Positions 58,390 through 64,000 of a stretch of DNA of 64,000 nt are shown in pieces. The notes beneath the pieces are model-generated. The model made no database searches. It was not told the DNA's origin and was given only the letters and a program-made list of their open reading frames with translations. Location of the stretch: assembly GCA_965203905.1 (NCBI GenBank), contig CBDBDQ010000005.1, positions 3,328,001 through 3,392,000 on the forward strand. Direction: 5' to 3'. A program made the position numbers and the translations under genes. The stretch's first letter is position 1; each line of letters starts with the position of its first letter. Source of the DNA: Spirochaetia bacterium. Its GTDB lineage: Bacteria; Spirochaetota; Spirochaetia; SZUA-6; Bin103.

Positions 58390-58611
58390 ATGAACTTCAA
58401 CCTGATCCTCGGCGGATTCATGGTCGTGTACGGAGTCGTGACCTTCTGCATCCGGACCTTCGCCCGCAACCGTTCGTGGAAGCTGGAGATCATGCAGAAG
58501 AAGTGGGGCGAGCAGCGCGGGCTGCTGATCCACGTCGTCTCCTACACCGTGTTTCCCATCGTCCTGGGCGCTATCCTCATCATCCGCGGTCTCGCCGCGC
58601 CCGCCGGATAG
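58390..58611 (+). CDS. Small two-helix membrane protein
   Basis: 73 aa, two hydrophobic segments, host-like codon usage. Confidence 0.7.
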   Translation: MNFNLILGGFMVVYGVVTFCIRTFARNRSWKLEIMQKKWGEQRGLLIHVVSYTVFPIVLGAILIIRGLAAPAG

Positions 58612-58633
58612 CTCGAAAGTTTCCGCTGTCCAC

Positions 58634-59779
58634 TCAGGACGATCCGCCCGCGGAGGCGCTTTTTTCGCTCGCGGCGAGCCGTCGGGCCAGGGGGTGGCCG
58701 CGCTCGGCCAGCGGCAGGGTGGCACGGGCGCCGGTGAAGTGGGACTCGTACACCGCGCTGACGCACTCCAGCGAGTTGGCGGCGCCGGCACCGCCCAGCT
58801 CCGGCTGCCGCCCCTCGACCAGCGCCTGCAGCATGTCGCGCACGCTCCAGATGGAAGGGTGACCGCGCCAGGCCCGGCCTTCGATGAGATATGCTTGCTC
58901 CGGAATCTCGACCCGCTCCCAGGTCGGGGTGTGGGCCGCGAACGACACGTCGCCCGGGCAGTACCACAGCTCGTAGTCGGAGCTCTGTGGACTGCCCTTG
59001 ATCATCAGTTGCCCGCTATCCCCCAGCAGGTGCGGCCCGGCGATCCAACTGTCGCGGGTAGCGCGCTCGTACAGCTCCACCAACCCCGACGCGCCGCGGC
59101 TGCCGCCGAGTTGGATCAGCATGGTGTCGCCGGCCACCATGCCGTTGTCGCGCGGGTCGGTGGTGCACAGCTCGCTGCTGTGCATGATGTCGCCCGCCTC
59201 CGCCTCACGGCCGCGAAAGGTCACCCGCGCGTGGACCCAGTCGATGCCGTCCAGGTAGAAGGCCAGCTCGTCGAAGTAGTGGACGCCCATCTCCATCAGC
59301 TCGAAGCCGGCGGGTCGGCCCTTGCCCACCTCGCGCACGCAGCGCAGCGTGCCGATGCGGCCCTCCGCCACCAGCCGTTTGGCGGTACGTAACGCCGGCG
59401 TGAAGCGGAACTGGTGGCTCACGGCGAGCTGCACGCCGGCGGCGCCGCAGTGCGCCACCATGCGGTCGGCGCTCTCCAGGTCGAGCGCCAGCGGCTTCTC
59501 GCACAGGACGTGAACACCGGCGTCGGCCGCGGCACAGGCGACGTCGGCGTGCAGTGGGGCGTGGGTGCAGACGCTGACCACGTCGAGCCGTTCGCGGGCG
59601 AACATCTCACGGTAGTCGGCATAGCGTCCGGGGACCTTGAACTCGTCGGCTCGCGTCTGCAGGCGCTCGGGGTCGACGTCGCATAGCGCGACCAGGCTGG
59701 CGGCGTCCAGGTGGGCGTAGGCGGTGGCGTGGCTGCGGCTGATGCCGCCGCAACCGACGATTCCGGCGCGTAGTGGCAT
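58634..59779 (-). CDS. Gfo/Idh/MocA oxidoreductase
   Basis: GIVGCGGI, HVLCEKPLA, HQFRF. Confidence 0.92.
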   Translation of the reverse strand: MPLRAGIVGCGGISRSHATAYAHLDAASLVALCDVDPERLQTRADEFKVPGRYADYREMFARERLDVVSVCTHAPLHADVACAAADAGVHVLCEKPLALDLESADRMVAHCGAAGVQLAVSHQFRFTPALRTAKRLVAEGRIGTLRCVREVGKGRPAGFELMEMGVHYFDELAFYLDGIDWVHARVTFRGREAEAGDIMHSSELCTTDPRDNGMVAGDTMLIQLGGSRGASGLVELYERATRDSWIAGPHLLGDSGQLMIKGSPQSSDYELWYCPGDVSFAAHTPTWERVEIPEQAYLIEGRAWRGHPSIWSVRDMLQALVEGRQPELGGAGAANSLECVSAVYESHFTGARATLPLAERGHPLARRLAASEKSASAGGSS

Positions 59780-59858
59780 GGGACCTCCGGCTGGCCTATC
59801 TTACTACGTATGCTGGCACACCTGTTGCAAGCGGCCGGCCGGTCCCGGTGGAGCCGCC

Positions 59859-60947
59859 GTGGCTGAGGCCCGCTACCGGGCAACGGCGATCGGCCACACT
59901 GGCCGCGGCGGATTCGGCCACGGCCTGCACCGAGCATTCCGCGGCGTGCCGCGGGTGGAGATGGCGGCGGTGGCCGATCCCGACGCCGAGGGACGGGCGC
60001 GCGCCCAGGCCGAGGCCGGCGCCGCGCGTGGCTACGCGGACTACCGTGACATGCTGGAGCGGGAGCGGCCCGACCTGGTCAGCGTGGGTCCGCGCTGGCT
60101 CGATCAGCGCCTGGAGATGGTGCTGGCGTGCATCGACGCCGGCTGTCACGTGTACTGCGAGAAGCCGTTCGCGATCAGCCTGGAGGACGGCGACCGCATG
60201 GTGGCCGCGGCCGACGCGGCGGGGCTCAAGATCGCGGTGGGCCACTTCCACGGCGCCTATCTCCCCGGCATCGACCGTCTCAAGCGCCTGATTGACGGGG
60301 GGCGCATCGGCCGGCTGCTGGAGCTGCACGCCCACGGCAAGCACGACCACCGCGGCGGCGGCGAGGACATGATGGACCTGGGCATCCACCTGTTCAACCT
60401 GATGCAGTACCTCGCCGGCGAGGTGGCGTGGATCTCGGCGCACGTGACGGTGGCAGGGCGCGACATCACCCCGCGGGACGTGCACGAGGCCACCGAACCG
60501 CTGGGACCGGTCGCCGGCGACCACGTCCACAGTTACTTCGCCTTCCACGGCGGGCCCATCGGACTGTTCGATTCGCGCCGCGACAGCGTCGGCGTGAACG
60601 AGCGCTACGGGATGGAGATCGTCGGCAGCCAGGGCATCGTGTCGCTACGCGGTGGCAGCGTTACGGAGGGGCTGATGATCTATCCCCATCCGCTGTGGGC
60701 CCCGGCGCGGCGCGAGCAGCGCTGGCAGCCGCTGGAGCTGGAGGGAGTGCCGCCCCACGACGGCCACTACCTGGCGGTGACCGATCTGGTCGCCGCCATC
60801 GGGGAAGGGCGCGAGCCGATCTGCAGCGGCCGCGACGGGGTCAAGGCGCTGGAGATGGTGCTGGGCGCCTACCGCTCCCAGATCGCGGGCGCCCGCGTGG
60901 CGCTGCCGCTGGCGGAGCGGCGCCATCCGCTGGAGGTGTGGCGCTGA
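59859..60947 (+). CDS. Gfo/Idh/MocA oxidoreductase
   Basis: IGHTGRG.FGH, HVYCEKP and RGGGEDMM.LG.H motifs. Confidence 0.92.
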   Translation: MAEARYRATAIGHTGRGGFGHGLHRAFRGVPRVEMAAVADPDAEGRARAQAEAGAARGYADYRDMLERERPDLVSVGPRWLDQRLEMVLACIDAGCHVYCEKPFAISLEDGDRMVAAADAAGLKIAVGHFHGAYLPGIDRLKRLIDGGRIGRLLELHAHGKHDHRGGGEDMMDLGIHLFNLMQYLAGEVAWISAHVTVAGRDITPRDVHEATEPLGPVAGDHVHSYFAFHGGPIGLFDSRRDSVGVNERYGMEIVGSQGIVSLRGGSVTEGLMIYPHPLWAPARREQRWQPLELEGVPPHDGHYLAVTDLVAAIGEGREPICSGRDGVKALEMVLGAYRSQIAGARVALPLAERRHPLEVWR

Positions 60948-60957
60948 CCGCGCCGGC

Positions 60958-61812
60958 ATGCAGATCACGGTCACCGAGATCGGCAACATCCTCACCCGCA
61001 CCAGCGGCTTCCTGCGCACGGTGAGCTCCCACTCGGCACAGCCCTACCGCGGCTGCGCCTTCGGCAACGCGCTGTGCGGCGTCGGCTGCTACGTGCGCCA
61101 CAACGGCCACATCACCCGCGGCCGGCCGTGGGGGTCGTTCCTGGAGGTGCGCGCCAACGCCGCCGCCTCCTACCGCGCCGGCGCGGCCCGCGAGCGGCGC
61201 TGGGCGCGGCGCACGCGCGGCGCGTTCAGCATCTTCCTGTCCAGCTCCACGGAGCCGTTCCTGCCGCAGGAGGCCCGCTACGGCATCACCCGAGGGCTGC
61301 TCGGCGCCATGGTGGAGGAGCCGCCCGACCTGCTGATCCTGCAGACCCACTCCCACCGCGTGAGCGACTGCCTTGACCTGTGCCGCGAGCTGGACCGGCG
61401 CTGCCGCCTGCGGGTGCATCTTTCCATCGAAACCGACATCGAGCGGTTCCCCGGCCTGCCTCCCCATGCCAGCTCCGTGGAGCGGCGCTTCCAGGCGGCT
61501 CACGCGCTGCACGACGCCGGCATCGAGACCGTGGTTACCGTTGCGCCGCTGCTGCCCCTGCATGACCCCGAGCGTTTCTTCGGCCGCGTGGCGGAGTGCG
61601 CCTCGGCGGTGGTGATCGACCACTTCATCGGCGGCGACGGCACCGCCGACGGCGGCCGCACCCGCCGCACCACCCTGCCGCAGGCGATGGCCGCGGTGGA
61701 TCCCGGCTCGATCGGCCTGGCGTACCGGGACCGCATGGTGCGCATCGCCCAGCGCCATCTGCCCGGCCGCGTAGGCATCAACATCGACGGCTTCGCCGGC
61801 CGCTACCTCTGA
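60958..61812 (+). CDS. Radical SAM protein, spore photoproduct lyase-like (Rv2578c-like)
   Basis: PYRGC...C...CY, SSSTEPF.P.E and LQTHS motifs; atypical Cys spacing. Confidence 0.8.
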   Translation: MQITVTEIGNILTRTSGFLRTVSSHSAQPYRGCAFGNALCGVGCYVRHNGHITRGRPWGSFLEVRANAAASYRAGAARERRWARRTRGAFSIFLSSSTEPFLPQEARYGITRGLLGAMVEEPPDLLILQTHSHRVSDCLDLCRELDRRCRLRVHLSIETDIERFPGLPPHASSVERRFQAAHALHDAGIETVVTVAPLLPLHDPERFFGRVAECASAVVIDHFIGGDGTADGGRTRRTTLPQAMAAVDPGSIGLAYRDRMVRIAQRHLPGRVGINIDGFAGRYL

Positions 61813-61828
61813 TTCTCGTTCTCCCGGG

Positions 61829-62229
61829 CTACACATTCGTGACGGTGACCAGGGGCTCCAGGCCCGTGAAGTCGTCCGGATTCCGCGTATACAGAGGAAG
61901 CGCGTGAGCCAGAGCGACGGCCGCGATCAGGAGATCCCCGAACCGGCGGCGGCTCGAGCGGCCGCTCTCCCGGACCGCGGCGTAAACCCGGCCGTACGCG
62001 CGCGCGACTTCCGTATCGACTGGCAGCGGGTCCCAACGCGAGGCCGCCCATTGCAGGCGGTCCTGGCGCCGGGCGCTCCGTCGTTTCGCCGGCAGCGTTG
62101 GGGCCGGCACCGAGTTCGGCAACGGTTTTCGCCGAGACCGCGGCTTCGTCAGCCAACTGCGCGCTGTCGATCGGTCGAGTCGATCAGGACGGACGTATCC
62201 AGCAGACCTCGGGAGACGGCCTCAGACAT
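61829..62229 (-). pseudogene. vapC: VapC (PIN) toxin with several single-base frameshifts
   Basis: LLDTSVLI, ELGAG, DLLIAA.A and LYTRN.DDF motifs spread across different frames. Confidence 0.8.
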
Positions 62230-62467
62230 CGACGAACGGATCGACGAACCTGTCGAGATCGGACCGGAACCGCGCTGCATCCATCCGCGGGCCGCCTCGC
62301 GCGGCCTGAGCGATGGCCTCGCGGGGCACGAACCTCCGCGGCGACACCGGTCTCAATTCGGCAACCGGGGTCCCGTTTCGGGTGACGATCAGGCTCTGTC
62401 CGGCCTGAACTTCGCGCAGGATGGCCTCAGAGTCGTTTCGGAGCTGACGCTGCGTAATGGTACGCAT
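62222..62467 (-). CDS. Phd/YefM-type (VapB) antitoxin
   Basis: MRTITQRQLRN..ILREV..G....VTRNG.PVAEL; overlaps the toxin start. Confidence 0.88.
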   Translation of the reverse strand: MRTITQRQLRNDSEAILREVQAGQSLIVTRNGTPVAELRPVSPRRFVPREAIAQAARGGPRMDAARFRSDLDRFVDPFVDV

Positions 62468-62698
62468 GCGCCTATGGGTCAGCATCTGTAGCACATTGCA
62501 GCACGAGGGCCCGTAGGGCAATCGACTGAGTCTCGGCAGACGGCTCACCCAAAAAGCCAAGCGGCTCGCGAGCTGATCTTGCGCATAAATTCGCCGACGT
62601 TGAACGGGTCGTACATGGCTTTCAGGGCGATTCCGGTTCACCGCCGTTACCCGTGCCGAAACACACGGGAATCTCGCTCGTGCTCCGCTGCCTAAGCT

Positions 62699-62914
62699 TC
62701 ATTCGACGTTCGTGACGTACTCTCTTTTGTCCTCATCCCAAATCAAATCGCGTTCCTTCTCCAATTTCTCCTCGACCACGAATCTGTACACACGGAACCA
62801 GTTGGATCTCGCACGACCGACTTCCATGGCTTCTTCCTTGGTGGAACCGCGTCCGATTTCTTGCCCTTCCCCGCCGTCTCCGGGCGCAAGGACCTGAACG
62901 ACCTTGTACTGCAT
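62699..62914 (-). CDS. Small hypothetical protein (71 aa)
   Basis: Strong SD AAGGAGG 5 nt before ATG; lower-GC, Glu/Lys-rich; no family recognised. Confidence 0.65.
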   Translation of the reverse strand: MQYKVVQVLAPGDGGEGQEIGRGSTKEEAMEVGRARSNWFRVYRFVVEEKLEKERDLIWDEDKREYVTNVE

Positions 62915-63159
62915 GTTGGCCTCCTTCACGTGGTCAGTAAATGCACTCGACTCGATGCCTCAGCAGCAGGACCGCAACAAGTATCACAAAGTGGAATCCT
63001 CAACATAAGGAACTCCTTGCAGCCGAAGCGAATTCTAAGTCATCCGCATGGGCGATCTCCTCGGTGGTCGGTGGCGCACGTGGTTGCGCTCTGGCGGATT
63101 GTGCTCCTGTACGGCCTCCTTCATAGGTAAACCACGGTGGACTGAGAAAGTGTCAAGGA

Positions 63160-63270
63160 GATTACCCGAATCCGCGCTCAAACACCAAACTTTCTCTCGC
63201 GACTGTCGCGAATTGGCGGATAGTTCGCGAAATCTACAAGTTCGCGATTTGGCGATGGATCTGGCTGCAG
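63160..63270 (-). repeat. TCGCGA-array element, copy 2
   Basis: TCGCGA at 63197, 63206, 63225 and 63242, plus degenerate TGGCGA at 63250. Aligns with 15236-15345. Adjacent to a minus-strand TTGACA (63151-63156). Confidence 0.75.
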
Positions 63271-63328
63271 TCTGCTACTGACCGATTGGTGCGGCCATTG
63301 CGTGTAGACCTTGCTTCACACGTGAGAA

Positions 63329-64000
63329 CTACCCTGCGTCGGCGAGGGCCTGGGCCTGGAGCGACAGTTCCGCCGCGGTGAAGGCGTGCTCCTGGGTCAT
63401 GGCGTTCTCGGTCCGGTGCAGGCAGTCGAGGATCATGCGGCCGAAGAAGGGGAACGGCTCCGAGCCGTCGAATGTAAGCACCCGTTCCTCACTGTGGTTG
63501 ACCAGGACTACGCACGGCTCCCCGGCCGGATTGCCGGCGTCCACGTTCTTGCGCACCTCCAGGTAGCCGTCGGTGCCCAGCACGAAGGCGCGGCCGTCGC
63601 CCCAGGTGCGCGAGGCCGCGGGGGTGAACCAGTCGACCCGGCAGTAGGCCGAGGCGCCGGTGTCGAGGGTGAGCGAGGCTTCGCCGAAGTCCTCCAGGCC
63701 CGGGCTCTCGGGATGGGCCAGGTTGGCGGCGCGGGCGTAGTTGATGCTGCCGCCGGCGGCACCCGCGTAGTACAGGAACTGCTCGAACTGGTGGCTGCCG
63801 ATGTCGGTGAGGATGCCGCCGTAACGCTCCTTGTCGAAGAACCAGGTGGGGCGCGACTCCGGACTCAGGTTGTGCGGTGCCATGATCAGCACCTGCAGCA
63901 CGCGCCCGATGGCGCCCTCGCGGATCAGCTCCCCGGCGTAGAAGGTGGGCGCGTTGTGCAGCCGCTCGGCGTAGTAGACCAGGTACTTGCGCCCGGTCTC
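63329..64000 (-). CDS. Gfo/Idh/MocA oxidoreductase, C-terminal part (5' end outside window)
   Basis: Y.ERLH, GGILTDIGSHQ and RVDWFTP....WGDGR motifs. Confidence 0.85.
   Translation of the reverse strand, partial: ETGRKYLVYYAERLHNAPTFYAGELIREGAIGRVLQVLIMAPHNLSPESRPTWFFDKERYGGILTDIGSHQFEQFLYYAGAAGGSINYARAANLAHPESPGLEDFGEASLTLDTGASAYCRVDWFTPAASRTWGDGRAFVLGTDGYLEVRKNVDAGNPAGEPCVVLVNHSEERVLTFDGSEPFPFFGRMILDCLHRTENAMTQEHAFTAAELSLQAQALADAG

Overview
High-GC bacterial chromosomal segment. The N-termini of the solute-binding proteins ('AWAGGEAE', 'MAAGEGEQ') resemble those of Spirochaetota, but that taxon is only an inference. The backbone is catabolic and transport genes: two family-5 and one family-1 ABC importers, an ABC-DUF1854-ABC exporter-type triad, two Cys-type sulfatases, a GHL6-like glycoside hydrolase, a sugar isomerase, four Gfo/Idh/MocA oxidoreductases, and MlrC, AtuA/DUF4387, Ogl-like and PHP hydrolases. 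Small accessory nuclease/defence units are scattered through it: an ABC-ATPase+TOPRIM-like pair, three Uma2 genes, AAA-PD-(D/E)XK, AAA_14-DUF4143, a DUF222-like HNH gene and three type II TA modules, often flanked by scraps of other genes. An EndoQ(PHP)-UvrD fusion carries two clamp-binding-like motifs. The most unusual signals are (i) a Uma2 gene bracketed by a diverged ~100-bp direct repeat of the neighbouring gene's 3' end, (ii) a ~110-bp TCGCGA-array element present twice, 48 kb apart, each time upstream of an orphan gene, and (iii) the HNH gene with a long structured/repetitive non-coding flank. Several single-base frameshifts may be assembly errors. No tRNA, rRNA or CRISPR array was recognised.
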